A stretch of 64,000 nucleotides of DNA from Actinomycetota bacterium (GCA_023379605.1 JAMCQF010000164.1:297-64296); one strand, 5' to 3'. Shown: positions 36,657 through 46,759, counted from the first letter of the stretch. The notes: generated from the letters alone by a model not told the origin. Program-made: numbers and translations.

Positions 36657-37451
36657 TTGCTTAAGGTGACTGTGCTCGGCTGTGATGGTGGCTATCAGGG
36701 CCCCGGTGGCGCATGCAGTGGGTATCTTGTAACGATTATGTCAGGGAAGACCTGTGGAAACAACACTGGGGCTGGTGAGCTGAACATCTTGGTGGATGCA
36801 GGGCCGGGGAGCCTCGCCAATCTTCAGAACCATATAGATATAGCGTTACTTGATGGCATCGTTATAAGTCATGAACATCCTGATCATCGGAGCGATCTGG
36901 AGGGCATCTCTGTGGCATGGAAGTGGGGATTGGGTCGTTCGGACCTTCCCGTGTACGCGCCTGCTGGGGTGAGATCGTGGACCTATCATCACGAGAGCGG
37001 GGCCTTGGATTGGATAACGGTGGAGGACGGAGATGCCGTAGAGCTTGGAGTGGCCACGATGCATTTTTCCAAGACAGACCATGGTCCTGAGACTCTTGCG
37101 CTCAGGATTGACAACGCCGGTGTTTCAGTGGGCTACTCTGCTGATACCGGGGCAGACTGGTCGCTTTCCGCTCTGGGTCCTGGGTTGGATCTGGCCATAT
37201 GCGAGGCCAGCTTTACCGCGGAGAAGGAAGGATCTATGAAGCATCTAAGTGCCCGTCAGGCGGGTGAGTCAGCCCTCCAGGCCGGCGTTGGCGAGCTGGT
37301 CATAACCCACCGCTGGCCCACCGTTGACCCGCGTCTTGTCCTCGAAGAGGCAAGAGAGGCTTTCGGGCGCGAGGTATTGCAGGCGCAGCTGGACGCGGTC
37401 TATGACCTAAGAGACCGAGGGGTAGGGCTGAGTGGAGGTAGGGGTCAATGA
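36657..37451 (+). CDS. MBL-fold hydrolase (positional equivalent of M. tuberculosis Rv1339, a cyclic-nucleotide phosphodiesterase family)
   Basis: 264 aa with HxHxDH ([10 protein letters not shown]). Sits between murI and rph as in mycobacteria. TTG/GTG start uncertain. Confidence 0.8.
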   Translation: MLKVTVLGCDGGYQGPGGACSGYLVTIMSGKTCGNNTGAGELNILVDAGPGSLANLQNHIDIALLDGIVISHEHPDHRSDLEGISVAWKWGLGRSDLPVYAPAGVRSWTYHHESGALDWITVEDGDAVELGVATMHFSKTDHGPETLALRIDNAGVSVGYSADTGADWSLSALGPGLDLAICEASFTAEKEGSMKHLSARQAGESALQAGVGELVITHRWPTVDPRLVLEEAREAFGREVLQAQLDAVYDLRDRGVGLSGGRGQ

Positions 37452-38278
37452 TGGTTGGATCGGCTGGCGGAACTGGTGCGCCTGAGCCCGAAGAAGTTGA
37501 GATCACCGGCGGTAAAGCTGTTAGGGGCCCAAGCCGGCCATCTCTTTCAAGAAGCTACCTAAGGGATGTAGATGAGCTACGGCCAGCGTCATTCACCAGG
37601 GATTTCACAGAGATGGCACTGGGTTCGGTGCTTGTATGCATGGGAAGGACCAAGGTTTTGTGCACGGCTTCGGTGGAGGAGAGAGTCCCACCCTGGCTGC
37701 GCGGCGCAGGGCGCGGTTGGGTGACCGCTGAGTACTCTCTGCTTCCAGGTTCCACCTTCGAGCGCACCCAGCGTGAGGCAGCCAAGGGTCGTCAGTCCGG
37801 AAGGACGCTCGAGATCCAGAGGCTCATAGCCAGGTCCCTGCGGTCAGTCTGCGACCTCGTTGCCCTGGGAGAGCGTCAGGTGGTGGTGGACTGTGATGTG
37901 CTCCAAGCGGACGGGGGCACCCGTACCGCAGCAATCTGCGGCTCCTACCTGGCCCTACATGATGGCTTTACTCGCCTTATCCACCAAGGTGCCATTGGCG
38001 CTCATCCCCTGCGAGAAGGATTGGCAGCGGTCTCGGTAGGAGTTGTGGATGCTGTGTGCATGCTGGACCTGGACTATTCAGAGGACAGCAGGGCCGAGGT
38101 GGACATGAACGTTGTCATGACCTCCTCAGGGCGGTTTGTGGAGGTCCAGGGCACAGCTGAGGGTCTCCCATTTTCCCGCTCGGAGCTCGATGAGCTTCTC
38201 GGCCTTGCCGAGCACGGGATTGCAGAGCTGCTGGATCTCCAAGCTGGGGTTCTAAAAGAGCCCCCACCGGCTCGCTGA
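37448..38278 (+). CDS. rph: ribonuclease PH
   Basis: [60 protein letters not shown]. The ATG overlaps the upstream stop (ATGA). The N-terminal extension is uncertain. Confidence 0.9.
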   Translation: MMVGSAGGTGAPEPEEVEITGGKAVRGPSRPSLSRSYLRDVDELRPASFTRDFTEMALGSVLVCMGRTKVLCTASVEERVPPWLRGAGRGWVTAEYSLLPGSTFERTQREAAKGRQSGRTLEIQRLIARSLRSVCDLVALGERQVVVDCDVLQADGGTRTAAICGSYLALHDGFTRLIHQGAIGAHPLREGLAAVSVGVVDAVCMLDLDYSEDSRAEVDMNVVMTSSGRFVEVQGTAEGLPFSRSELDELLGLAEHGIAELLDLQAGVLKEPPPAR

Positions 38279-38279
38279 G

Positions 38280-38975
38280 ATGCAAAAGGAACCAAACCCA
38301 GCCTTTGGGCAGGGGCCGATCCCCGGTGCTTCTAAAGAAGGTGGATTGGATGGACCAGGCCCGAGCCGGAGCTCGGGCTTCCCGCCGAGGGTCGTCCTTG
38401 CCACAGCCAATGCGGATAAAGCCGCAGAGATTGCAGAGATCATGGGAGCGGTGGTGCTCGTCCCAAGGCCTGAATGGGTTCCAGAGGTGGAGGAGACCGG
38501 GTCTACACTCGAGGAGAACGCCCTACTTAAGGCACGGGCTCTTCTCGCGGCTACTGGGGAACCGTCTCTGGCAGACGATACCGGATTGGAAGTCGATGCT
38601 TTGGGGGGCGCGCCAGGGGTCTGGTCAGCACGTTATGCCGGGCCAAATGCGAGCTATGACGACAATGTGGCCAAGCTCCTGGCCGAGCTTAACCAGATTG
38701 AAAGCAGAGCCGGCGGAAACCTGGACCGAAGGGCACGGTTTCGCACTGTGATCGCTTTGGCTTTTGAAGGCGGCGACGAGGTAATTGCACAGGGTTGTGT
38801 AGAAGGCTGGATCTGCAATGAACCGCGGGGAGCTGCAGGCTTTGGTTATGACCCGGTATTTGTTCCAGAGGAAGGCGATGGTAAAACTTTTGCAGAGATG
38901 GAAGCTAGTGAAAAGCACGCGCTATCCCACAGAGGCAGGGCACTAAGAGCCCTCAAGGACCTGCTAGGAGCCTAA
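38280..38975 (+). CDS. rdgB: non-canonical purine NTP pyrophosphatase (RdgB/HAM1)
   Basis: VVLATANADKAAEI, DDTGLEVDALGGAPG, GFGYDPVF, SHRGRAL. The roughly 40-aa Gly/Pro-rich N-terminal extension may not be translated. Confidence 0.9.
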   Translation: MQKEPNPAFGQGPIPGASKEGGLDGPGPSRSSGFPPRVVLATANADKAAEIAEIMGAVVLVPRPEWVPEVEETGSTLEENALLKARALLAATGEPSLADDTGLEVDALGGAPGVWSARYAGPNASYDDNVAKLLAELNQIESRAGGNLDRRARFRTVIALAFEGGDEVIAQGCVEGWICNEPRGAAGFGYDPVFVPEEGDGKTFAEMEASEKHALSHRGRALRALKDLLGA

Positions 38976-38976
38976 G

Positions 38977-38996
38977 GCCACCCGCCAAGTGGCTTT
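38977..38996 (+). terminator. short hairpin plus T-run after rdgB
   Basis: GCCAC-ccgccaa-GTGGC followed by TTT, immediately after the rdgB stop. Confidence 0.35.
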
Positions 38997-39101
38997 CCCA
39001 TGGGCCCCAGTGTTTGCACCACATCCCTTAGCGGGCAGGCAGTTGTAGATCAGAGCCGTAGATTCTCAAAGGCTTACGCCCTAAGCTGGTGCTCGAGGCG
39101 C

Positions 39102-39971
39102 TCAGCGCAGTTTCCAGTGAGCTCGTGGTCCTGCGGCGAAGGCCTGCTGTCCGGCTGCCAGGGTCTCATTGCTGGTTCCAAGCCACGCGAAGGCGAACCC
39201 CACACCAAGCGCTTGGGTCCTAGAGAGCTCCCGTCCAGCCCATACAGCTCGTACGGTGCCTTCTATAGACAGCGCTGGTTGCGAAGCTATCACTCCTGCT
39301 GCCCACGACGCTGCATCATGTAGATCTGCGAGCGGCACGACCTCGGAGACAAGGCCGATCTCCAGTGCCCGCCTTGCTGATAGGCGCTCGTGGTTACCGA
39401 GAAGAGACATTCGCATTACCTCTCCAAATGGCATCCTTCCCAGCATGTGTATTGGCTCGAAAGCCGCAGCCATTCCGAAGCTCACATGGGGATCGAAAAA
39501 TGTAGCTACATCAGCTGCGATGATGAACTCCGCCTCGCCGAGCATATAGAACGCGCCACCACACGCCATGCCGTTCACAGCTGCGATCACCGGTTTCCAC
39601 AGGTCGTTGCTTTTGGGACCGATCAGGCCGCTCGGATCGTCGAAGTGGAAAGGAGTGGAGCTCACGCCAATGTGGACGGGCTCCTCTTCAGGGTCTCCTG
39701 CCGGATGCGGCTCTTTGGAGCCAGCCACGACCTGGCCTGTGTCGAGATAGTCAACGACTGCCTCGGAGCGGTCGATGCCTGTGCAGAAGGCCTTGTCCCC
39801 TGCTCCGGTAAGGACAATAGCTCTCACCGGATCTCTGTGACGCAGCTTTCTCCAAAGCCACCGGAGCTCACGTTGCATTGTGAGATTGAACGCGTTGTGG
39901 ACTTCGGGTCTGTTGAGCGTGACCCAGGCCACGCCGTCGGCCTCCTCATAAGAGAGAGTGTCGAAGTTCAC
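39102..39971 (-). CDS. enoyl-CoA hydratase/isomerase family protein
   Basis: VTLNRPEVHNAFN, FCTGID, ACGGAFYMLGEAEF. The ORF extends to 40136. GTG 39971 gives a family-typical N-terminus (VNFDTLSYEEADGVAWVTLNRP), but the start is uncertain. Confidence 0.8.
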   Translation of the reverse strand: MNFDTLSYEEADGVAWVTLNRPEVHNAFNLTMQRELRWLWRKLRHRDPVRAIVLTGAGDKAFCTGIDRSEAVVDYLDTGQVVAGSKEPHPAGDPEEEPVHIGVSSTPFHFDDPSGLIGPKSNDLWKPVIAAVNGMACGGAFYMLGEAEFIIAADVATFFDPHVSFGMAAAFEPIHMLGRMPFGEVMRMSLLGNHERLSARRALEIGLVSEVVPLADLHDAASWAAGVIASQPALSIEGTVRAVWAGRELSRTQALGVGFAFAWLGTSNETLAAGQQAFAAGPRAHWKLR

Positions 39972-40173
39972 CCCCAGAGCCTCAGAGCCGGTCAAAGCAC
40001 CATCCCTCCGTTCCGTCTTCCAATCCCCTATAGTAAACGCTTGTTTGGTTTCGCCTCGACGGCCACCGGTTGGGGGGGATATGGTAACGGCCGCGCTGTA
40101 GCTGTGCCACCGGGATGGCAACAACCAGAGGAGCACACAGCGGGGGAACTAGAGGAAGGGAAGCGGAACCAAC

Positions 40174-40665
40174 ATGGCAGTCGACAGAAGCAATATCGGT
40201 CGGGTAACTTCAAGATCGCGGGTGGTAATAGAGCGCGGCCCGGTGGCGAACTTCGCCTCAGCGCTTGAGAATCTTGACCCTGCCTATACCACCCCGGAGG
40301 CTGCCAGACAAGCGGGGCTTGCTGGGATCCCAGCTCCTCCAACCTTCCCTTTTTGTATGGAGCACTGGGGACGATTCGCTGAGATCCAGCCAGAGGATCA
40401 GCCTCAGGGCAATCCAGTTGCGGAGATTATAGGTGCCTTGATGGCCAAGGGTGGCCTGATCCTCCATGGCGAGCAGTCCTTTACCTATCACCGGCCGGTA
40501 GTGGTTGGCGACGTGCTCTTCGGTGAAGGAAAGGTTACAGATGTCTATGAAAAAGAGAGCAAAGGCAAGATCATGACCTTTGTCGTGACCGAGACAGCCT
40601 GGAAGGACGACAAGACAGGTGAGCCTGTGGTGACCACCCGCATGAACCTGATCCACAGATCGTGA
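40174..40665 (+). CDS. MaoC-like hotdog protein, N-terminal (non-catalytic) type (HadA/ChsH-like partner)
   Basis: 163 aa. Resembles the N-terminal half of MaoC dehydratases (PTFPF..., LHGEQSFTYHRPVVVGD). Lacks the DxNPxH catalytic string. Confidence 0.75.
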   Translation: MAVDRSNIGRVTSRSRVVIERGPVANFASALENLDPAYTTPEAARQAGLAGIPAPPTFPFCMEHWGRFAEIQPEDQPQGNPVAEIIGALMAKGGLILHGEQSFTYHRPVVVGDVLFGEGKVTDVYEKESKGKIMTFVVTETAWKDDKTGEPVVTTRMNLIHRS

Positions 40666-41657
40666 CCGAACCAGAGGTAGCACCATCATCGATGCCGGCC
40701 GGATCTGAGCCCCCAGGGCGGTCTGGGAGATCCCCGCAGGAGCAGGCGGCGGGATACCACCAGGTGGGTGTAGAGCAGGCGGGTGTAGAGCAGGCGGCGG
40801 GATACCACCAGGTGGGTGTAGAGCAGGCGGGTGTAGAGCAGGCGGTGGGTGGAGATCTCTTGAGGAGCCTTGAGGCTGGAGTGCTTTGGGTGACTCTAAA
40901 CCGCCCTGACATGGGCAACGCCATGACCGCGGATATGAACGCCCAGCTTGCAACGTGGGTAGAAGAGGCTTCGGCAGATCTCTCGGTGCGCTGCCTGGTC
41001 ATAGCCGGGGCGGGGGAAAAGGGGTTTTGCACTGGAGCAGACCTGCGAGCCTCCAGGGCGCCCTCGCCTAGACCTTCTGGCGCACCAACCCCAGCCATGG
41101 GAGAGGTGGCAAGGGTCATACGGATCGGATGGCAACGCTTGATAGGGTCGCTCATTGACTGTGAGAAACCAGTCATAGCGGCGGTGAACGGAACCGCTGC
41201 GGGGGGAGGCATGCATCTCGCCCTTGCTTGCGATCTTGTTGTCGCTGCTGAAGGTTCTAGGTTCATAGAGGCATTCGTTCGTCGCGGCATAGCTCCAGAT
41301 GCCGGTGGCGCCTACCTACTCACGCGCCTGGTCGGACTCCAAAAGGCCAAGGAGCTCCTCTTCTTCGGCGAGGCGATCTCTGCCACAGAGGCGGAGCGGA
41401 TTGGCCTTGTGAACAGGGTGGTCCCAAGAGATGAGCTGGCTCAGGTGGTCAAGCAGATGGCTGCTTCTCTAGCGCAAGGTCCGACCAAGGCGATCGGTGC
41501 TGCCAAATGGCTCGCAAACAGGGCCTTGGAGACCGACAGGTCCACGTCGTTCTGGGAGGAAGCGATGGTTCAGGAAATGGTTCAGCAGAGCGAGGATGCC
41601 CATGAAGGGGTAAAGAGCTTTGTGGAAAGACGTGAGCCAAGATATGTCGGATGGTGA
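40662..41657 (+). CDS. enoyl-CoA hydratase/isomerase with repeat-containing N-terminal region
   Basis: VTLNRPDMGNAM, FCTGADL, GTAAGGGMHLALACD. GTG 40662 overlaps the upstream stop (GTGA). An alternative GTG 40845 would place the 48-bp repeats in a leader. Confidence 0.85.
   Translation: MTEPEVAPSSMPAGSEPPGRSGRSPQEQAAGYHQVGVEQAGVEQAAGYHQVGVEQAGVEQAVGGDLLRSLEAGVLWVTLNRPDMGNAMTADMNAQLATWVEEASADLSVRCLVIAGAGEKGFCTGADLRASRAPSPRPSGAPTPAMGEVARVIRIGWQRLIGSLIDCEKPVIAAVNGTAAGGGMHLALACDLVVAAEGSRFIEAFVRRGIAPDAGGAYLLTRLVGLQKAKELLFFGEAISATEAERIGLVNRVVPRDELAQVVKQMAASLAQGPTKAIGAAKWLANRALETDRSTSFWEEAMVQEMVQQSEDAHEGVKSFVERREPRYVGW
40742..40845 (+). repeat. 48-bp perfect tandem duplication (2.2 copies) with nested 15-bp subrepeat
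   Basis: GCAGGCGGCGGGATACCACCAGGTGGGTGTAGAGCAGGCGGGTGTAGA at 40742-40789 and 40790-40837, then a partial copy. The inner GTGTAGAGCAGGCGG occurs twice per unit. Confidence 0.95.
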
Positions 41658-41675
41658 GCCTATAGGGGATCAGGG

Positions 41676-42125
41676 GTGAGCACAACCTGGCTGGATTCTG
41701 CCCAGTGGCTTGCCGTGTTGCGCATAGGGCTTGGTCTGTGGTGGGTTGAGAGCTTTCGTCACAAGGACAAGGCAGCGTGGCTCAAACGGGGAGCGGGTAT
41801 CTCCTGGGGGGCTTCGGTGGCAGATAAGCACAAATGGCAATTCGTGCGCAAGGGTTTCGACGTGGTGGTAAAACCCCATCCCAAGCTCATGGCCTATGTG
41901 GTGGTCTTTGGTGAGCTAGCCATCGGCCTTGGGCTTGTCTTTGGCTTTCTTACCCCTATAGCGGCAGCTGCGGGCCTGGTTCTGAACCTCATTTACTTCG
42001 TCTTGATGATCACCGACTGGGCGGAGCAGGGCCAGAACCTAATGATGGCCCTGGCATCTGTGGTGGTGCTTGGCTCGCACGCCTGGAATGTCTGGTCCAT
42101 CGATAGCCTGCTTCATATTTTTTGA
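41676..42125 (+). CDS. DoxX-family membrane protein
   Basis: 149 aa with four hydrophobic helices (LRIGLGLWWVESF, VVFGELAIGLGLVFGFL). GTG start. Confidence 0.75.
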   Translation: MSTTWLDSAQWLAVLRIGLGLWWVESFRHKDKAAWLKRGAGISWGASVADKHKWQFVRKGFDVVVKPHPKLMAYVVVFGELAIGLGLVFGFLTPIAAAAGLVLNLIYFVLMITDWAEQGQNLMMALASVVVLGSHAWNVWSIDSLLHIF

Positions 42126-42206
42126 ATGAAATGTTTTGAACCCAACGCCGGAGAAAGCCGAGCCATGGCATCATTGGCAGGCCAGAGACAACAAGGAGAG
42201 ATATAG

Positions 42207-42638
42207 ATGGTGACTGAGCAGCTCTACTTCGAAGACGTGACAGAAGGAGAGGAGGGACCTGTCCTAACCCACAAGCTCACACGTACAGACCTCGTGCGCT
42301 ACGCGGGAGCGTCAGGGGACTTCAATCCAATGCACCATGATGAGACCAAGGCCGTAGCGGCTGGGCTGCCGTCGGTCTTTGGCCATGGCATGTACTCAGC
42401 GGGCCTTTTGGCTACCGCGATAACAAACTTCGTCGGAGTTGGCCACCTTCGTGAGTACTCGGTGCGCTTTGTGAAGCAGACCTGGCCTGATGAGGTGTTC
42501 AAGACCAGGGTGGTTGTGACCGCCAAGCGCAAGGCACGTGGGGAGAACCTTGTAGATCTTGAGTGCTCGCTTGCCAACGCAGATGGGGAGGTAAAGGTCT
42601 CTGGTGAGGCTACCGCAGCGCTTCCCTCCAGGGGCTGA
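42207..42638 (+). CDS. MaoC-family (R)-specific enoyl-CoA hydratase/dehydratase (catalytic hotdog)
   Basis: 143 aa with catalytic string YAGASGDFNPMHHDE and GHGMY. GGAGAG upstream of the ATG. Confidence 0.85.
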   Translation: MVTEQLYFEDVTEGEEGPVLTHKLTRTDLVRYAGASGDFNPMHHDETKAVAAGLPSVFGHGMYSAGLLATAITNFVGVGHLREYSVRFVKQTWPDEVFKTRVVVTAKRKARGENLVDLECSLANADGEVKVSGEATAALPSRG

Positions 42639-42746
42639 TCGGCTGGAGGTGCGCGTAAAGCCTGCCATCTGCTGCTACATTCCCCTCTAGGGGCATGTAT
42701 TTGTGCCGGTGCCCCAGACAGAGGCTTCACTGGAGGAGGTGCATGT

Positions 42747-44036
42747 ATGGCCTGGCGTATCCTCGCGCTAGCAGCGTGCATGTCGATAGTGCTGTCAGCC
42801 TGCGGTAATGCAGCCCCCAGCGTGGCTGCTAACGGCAACACCGAAGGGGTAAGCGCTCATGAGATCCTAGTAGGGGGGATTGCGTCCGAGAGCGGCCCCC
42901 TTGGGGACGACTTCGGCCAGATCTTCGATGGTGTGCGCGCCTACTTTGACATGATAAACGCCAATGGAGGCATCAACGGCCGTAAGATCGTCTTCACCGC
43001 TGGTCTGAACGATGGCACAGATCCTGCTCAAGATGTAGCCCAAGCCCGTGCCCTCATACAGCAGTACCACGTCTTTGCAGTCGTAGGAGTGGCCACACCG
43101 GTTTTCACCTCAGCCCAATACCTTGCCTCGAGCGGAGTCCCAACCTTTGGCTATGACATCAACACCCAGTGGTCTGATGGTCCCAGCCTGTTCGGTCAGG
43201 ACGGGTCATACCTTAACTTCAGCGAGCCTGGACCTGAAGCGGCCTATGTCGCTCACCAAGTGGGGGCGACCAACATCGGTGTCATAGGATACGACGCTGT
43301 CCAGTCAGAGGACTGCGTGAGCGGTTTTGCCCACACGTTTCGCCAGTTCGGCATGAACGTGACCTTTGAGGACTCCAGCCTACCCTTCGGTGCCCCGGAC
43401 TTCAGTGGGGACGTTCAGCGCTTAAAGCAGGCTGGAGTTAACTTCCTGGTGTCGTGCTTGGACTCCGCTGGCAGCGTGGAGCTGTCCAAGAACCTCTCTC
43501 AGGCTGGCTTGTCTAATGTCGTCCAGTACTGGAATGATGGCTACAACGAGGCATTGCTCAGAAGCGATCCATCTGCCATGGAGGGGGTCTACTTAGACAC
43601 CCAGACGGTGCCTTTCGAGGTGTCAACTCTTTACCCTGGCAAGTACCCGGCCATGGACCAGTTCTTGGCTGTCACCCACAAGTACTTCCCCTCTGAGCCC
43701 CCCGACGACGTAGAGCTCGTAGGATGGATCGACGCCAACCTGTTTGCCACTGGCCTGAAGGCCATCGGCCACGACGTGACCAGGTCCCGCTTGGTCGCAG
43801 CCATCAACCACATAAAGAGCTACACAGCAGGCGGGTTGGAGTCCCCGGTAAACTGGGAGCTCGCCCACAGCTCATCTCCACCACCAGACTGCGCAGCGTT
43901 CCTAAAGGTTGAAAACGGCAGGTTCGTCCCGGTGTTCGGCTCGCCAGGCAGCGTCTTTACCTGCTTTAGGGACCCGATGCCCACGCCACCCACTCTTGCT
44001 CCCATACCCCTTCCACCTGGGGTACCGAAGGGGTGA
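42747..44036 (+). CDS. ABC transporter substrate-binding lipoprotein (LivJ/branched-chain amino-acid type, family 4 SBP)
   Basis: 429 aa with signal peptide plus lipobox LSACG and periplasmic-binding-protein type I pattern. Confidence 0.9.
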   Translation: MAWRILALAACMSIVLSACGNAAPSVAANGNTEGVSAHEILVGGIASESGPLGDDFGQIFDGVRAYFDMINANGGINGRKIVFTAGLNDGTDPAQDVAQARALIQQYHVFAVVGVATPVFTSAQYLASSGVPTFGYDINTQWSDGPSLFGQDGSYLNFSEPGPEAAYVAHQVGATNIGVIGYDAVQSEDCVSGFAHTFRQFGMNVTFEDSSLPFGAPDFSGDVQRLKQAGVNFLVSCLDSAGSVELSKNLSQAGLSNVVQYWNDGYNEALLRSDPSAMEGVYLDTQTVPFEVSTLYPGKYPAMDQFLAVTHKYFPSEPPDDVELVGWIDANLFATGLKAIGHDVTRSRLVAAINHIKSYTAGGLESPVNWELAHSSSPPPDCAAFLKVENGRFVPVFGSPGSVFTCFRDPMPTPPTLAPIPLPPGVPKG

Positions 44037-45991
44037 GCCAACTCCTCACCTATGTCCTTTTGGGCTTGCCATATGGGTGCATTTACGCTTTAATCGCTCT
44101 AGGACTAGTTCTCACCTACAAGTCCTCTAGGGTGTTCAATCTGGCATTTGGAGCACAGGCCTACGTTTCTGCGGTGGTCTTCTATGTCGCCGTGCGATCG
44201 GGTCACTGGCCTATCTGGGCAGCCGGCCTTGTTTCAATCGTTGTCGTGGGTCCGCTCTTGGGCCTGCTTTTAGACCGCCTGCTCTTTCGCCATATCCGTG
44301 TAGCGGCAACAGTCGTGAAGCTAGGCGCAGCCATTGGGCTGCTGCTGGGCATCCCAGAGATCACCCAGGTCATCGTGGGAACCCAGCCACAGGATAACCC
44401 ACCCAGTCTGTTCCTTCCTCCTTCTTGGGTGTTCAAGCTGGCCGGTACGCGGGTGAACGGGACCGAGGTCTCTACGGTGCTGGCGGCAGCCATCGTGGTA
44501 GTGGGGTTGTGGGTACTGTTTCGGTTTTCCACGCTCGGACTTGAGATGAGGGCGGTCTCGGAGAGCCCGCGCATGGTGGAGCTTGTCGGCGTCAACTCAG
44601 GCGAGGTGTCATCTGTGGCATGGATGCTCTCAAGCCTGCTTGCAGGTCTGGCAGGGGTGCTGTTGGCGCCACTGTTTGCAACCTTGGATTCGTACAATTT
44701 CACGCTCTTGCTCATTGCTGCCATCGCCGCTGCAGCCCTTGGAGGTTTGGCGAGCTTTCCGTGGACGGTACTGGGTGCCGTGGCGATCGGAGTGGCCCAG
44801 GAGGTCATGACCGGCTACTTGCCGCTAAATAGCGTGCTCGCGAGCGGCTTGCGTCCAGCCCTGCCGTTTGTGGTGCTGATCTTGGCCCTGCTGTTCCATC
44901 CCGGCTTGCGTTCGAGCCAAGATGAAGGTGATCCCCTTGCAAGCTGTGACCCACCGCCCTTACGGGCAGTGCCCGTAAAGGCGCATCGGGAGCATTTGAT
45001 AGATCTCTCGCTTCCGTCTCTGTTCACCCCTCTTGTCGTAGCGCTGGCCATAGGGTCGTGTCTCACATGGGTGCCCCAGATATGGGTGGGTGTGATCACA
45101 GTCGGCTTGACCTACGCCACGATCCTGCTGTCTTTGACCGTCCTCACTGGCATGGGTGGCCAGATCTCGTTGTGCCAGGCCACCTTTGCAGGAATAGGAG
45201 CGTTTGCTGCCGGCCAGCTTGCCACCCATTTGGGCCTTGGCTTCATAGAGGGCCTTGCTATCGGGGCAGTGCTTGCAGGTGTCCTGGGCCTGCTGCTGGC
45301 TCTTCCCGCACTGCGCCTGGGAGGCTTGGCTCTGGCTCTTGGAACTCTGGCGTTTGCCTTGCTAGCCGACAACCTGCTTTTCCCGCTCAGTTGGGTAGGC
45401 AACGGTCAATCTGGTGTGTATGTGCCACGACCACAGATCGGCCCGATCAGCTTTGCGGGAACCCGCTCGTTCTTCTTGCTGGTCCTTGCAGTCCTGGTCA
45501 TCTGTGGGGTGGCAATAGCTTTACTTCGCAAGGGCACGACAGGTCGTTTCCTCGCGGCCATGGGTGGCAGCGAGGTGGCTGCCGGCGCCATAGGCATCAA
45601 CGTGCATTGGGCAAAGATGACAGCTTTCGTGGTCTCTGCTGTCATCGCAGGCATAGGCGGTGCGATGTACGGCTCATACCAAGGTGCGGTTGGAGCCGAC
45701 AACTTCAACACCCTTATCTCCCTGTTGTATCTAGTCTTGGTGGTTACCTTTGGTGTCAAGACGGTGGCGGGAGCCGTCAACGCTGGCCTGGCCTATGCTG
45801 TGCTGGATCACCTACTGGCCTCGGCTCCCAGCCGCTTTGGAGGTCTGGCTGCACTACTGTTCGGCATGGGTGCGGTTGCCTTCGCCCTTCACCCGCAGGG
45901 CCTAGCAGACCTGTTCACTGCGCGCTGGAAGGATCAGCTCGATCGACTGAGGCATCCCTGGCACGGGCGTGAGACCGTAGAGGTTTCCTAG
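44033..45991 (+). CDS. fused LivH-LivM-type ABC permease
   Basis: 652 aa, polytopic, with two permease halves. The GTG start overlaps the SBP stop (GTGA). Confidence 0.9.
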   Translation: MSQLLTYVLLGLPYGCIYALIALGLVLTYKSSRVFNLAFGAQAYVSAVVFYVAVRSGHWPIWAAGLVSIVVVGPLLGLLLDRLLFRHIRVAATVVKLGAAIGLLLGIPEITQVIVGTQPQDNPPSLFLPPSWVFKLAGTRVNGTEVSTVLAAAIVVVGLWVLFRFSTLGLEMRAVSESPRMVELVGVNSGEVSSVAWMLSSLLAGLAGVLLAPLFATLDSYNFTLLLIAAIAAAALGGLASFPWTVLGAVAIGVAQEVMTGYLPLNSVLASGLRPALPFVVLILALLFHPGLRSSQDEGDPLASCDPPPLRAVPVKAHREHLIDLSLPSLFTPLVVALAIGSCLTWVPQIWVGVITVGLTYATILLSLTVLTGMGGQISLCQATFAGIGAFAAGQLATHLGLGFIEGLAIGAVLAGVLGLLLALPALRLGGLALALGTLAFALLADNLLFPLSWVGNGQSGVYVPRPQIGPISFAGTRSFFLLVLAVLVICGVAIALLRKGTTGRFLAAMGGSEVAAGAIGINVHWAKMTAFVVSAVIAGIGGAMYGSYQGAVGADNFNTLISLLYLVLVVTFGVKTVAGAVNAGLAYAVLDHLLASAPSRFGGLAALLFGMGAVAFALHPQGLADLFTARWKDQLDRLRHPWHGRETVEVS

Positions 45992-46755
45992 TGGCCCTAC
46001 TTGAGGCGATAGGAATCGCGAAGTCATTTGGGGGGATACACGCTCTATCGGAGCTTTCCCTGCGTGTGGAAGCTGGTGAGGCGGTAGGATTGGTGGGTCC
46101 CAATGGAGCAGGTAAGACAACCCTGTTCAACTGTCTAAATGGCGTAGAACGTCCCGATACCGGAACTGTCATCTTTGCGGGCCACCGCATCGATGGGTTG
46201 CCAATCCACAGGCGGGCTAGGCTGGGGATTGGCAGGACCTTCCAGCGTCTGGAGCTGTTCTCGGGCCTGACTGTTCGTGACCACTTGCTCGTGGCCGAAA
46301 GAGTTCGCCGTGGCGGTGGCCGCATGCGGGTATGGAGAGATCTTTTGGACATGGGTGGCCCAACTGCGCAGGAGCAGGCCGGGGTAGACAGAACCCTTGA
46401 CCTGCTGGGGCTCGTGCCGGTCGCGGAGACTGTGGTCGATGCCCTAACCTTGGGCCAGGGAAGGCTGGTAGAGCTGGGCAGGGCTCTAGCCGGTGAGCCG
46501 CTGCTGCTGATGCTTGACGAGCCTTCGTCGGGTCTTGACACCAGTGAGGCTTCCGAGCTTGCAGGTGTGCTAAATAAGGTTCGACACGACAGCGGTACTG
46601 CGATACTTCTGGTAGAGCACGACATGGACATGGTCCATCAAGTAGTGAGCAGGCTCTATGTTTTGGATCTAGGTCATCTTATCGCTGAAGGAGATATAGA
46701 TAAGGTACTTGCCGATCCGAAGGTTCGCTCTGCATACCTGGGTCAAGAGGTATGA
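45991..46755 (+). CDS. ABC transporter ATP-binding protein (LivG-like)
   Basis: GPNGAGKTT, LGIGRTFQ, LMLDEPSSGLD, LLVEHDM. Confidence 0.9.
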   Translation: MALLEAIGIAKSFGGIHALSELSLRVEAGEAVGLVGPNGAGKTTLFNCLNGVERPDTGTVIFAGHRIDGLPIHRRARLGIGRTFQRLELFSGLTVRDHLLVAERVRRGGGRMRVWRDLLDMGGPTAQEQAGVDRTLDLLGLVPVAETVVDALTLGQGRLVELGRALAGEPLLLMLDEPSSGLDTSEASELAGVLNKVRHDSGTAILLVEHDMDMVHQVVSRLYVLDLGHLIAEGDIDKVLADPKVRSAYLGQEV

Positions 46756-46759
46756 TCCA

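Noticed and set aside
40258-40953. 231-aa minus-strand ORF with PPALHPP repeats
   Set aside because: It is antisense to the well-supported hotdog and crotonase genes. Its repeat is just the reverse reading of the 48-bp tandem duplication.
45058-46631. Long alternative-frame ORFs (304 aa plus strand, 238 aa minus strand) across the permease and ATPase genes
   Set aside because: They are Arg/Pro/Gly-rich shadow ORFs typical of GC-rich coding regions, and the permease and ATPase frames have clear family motifs.
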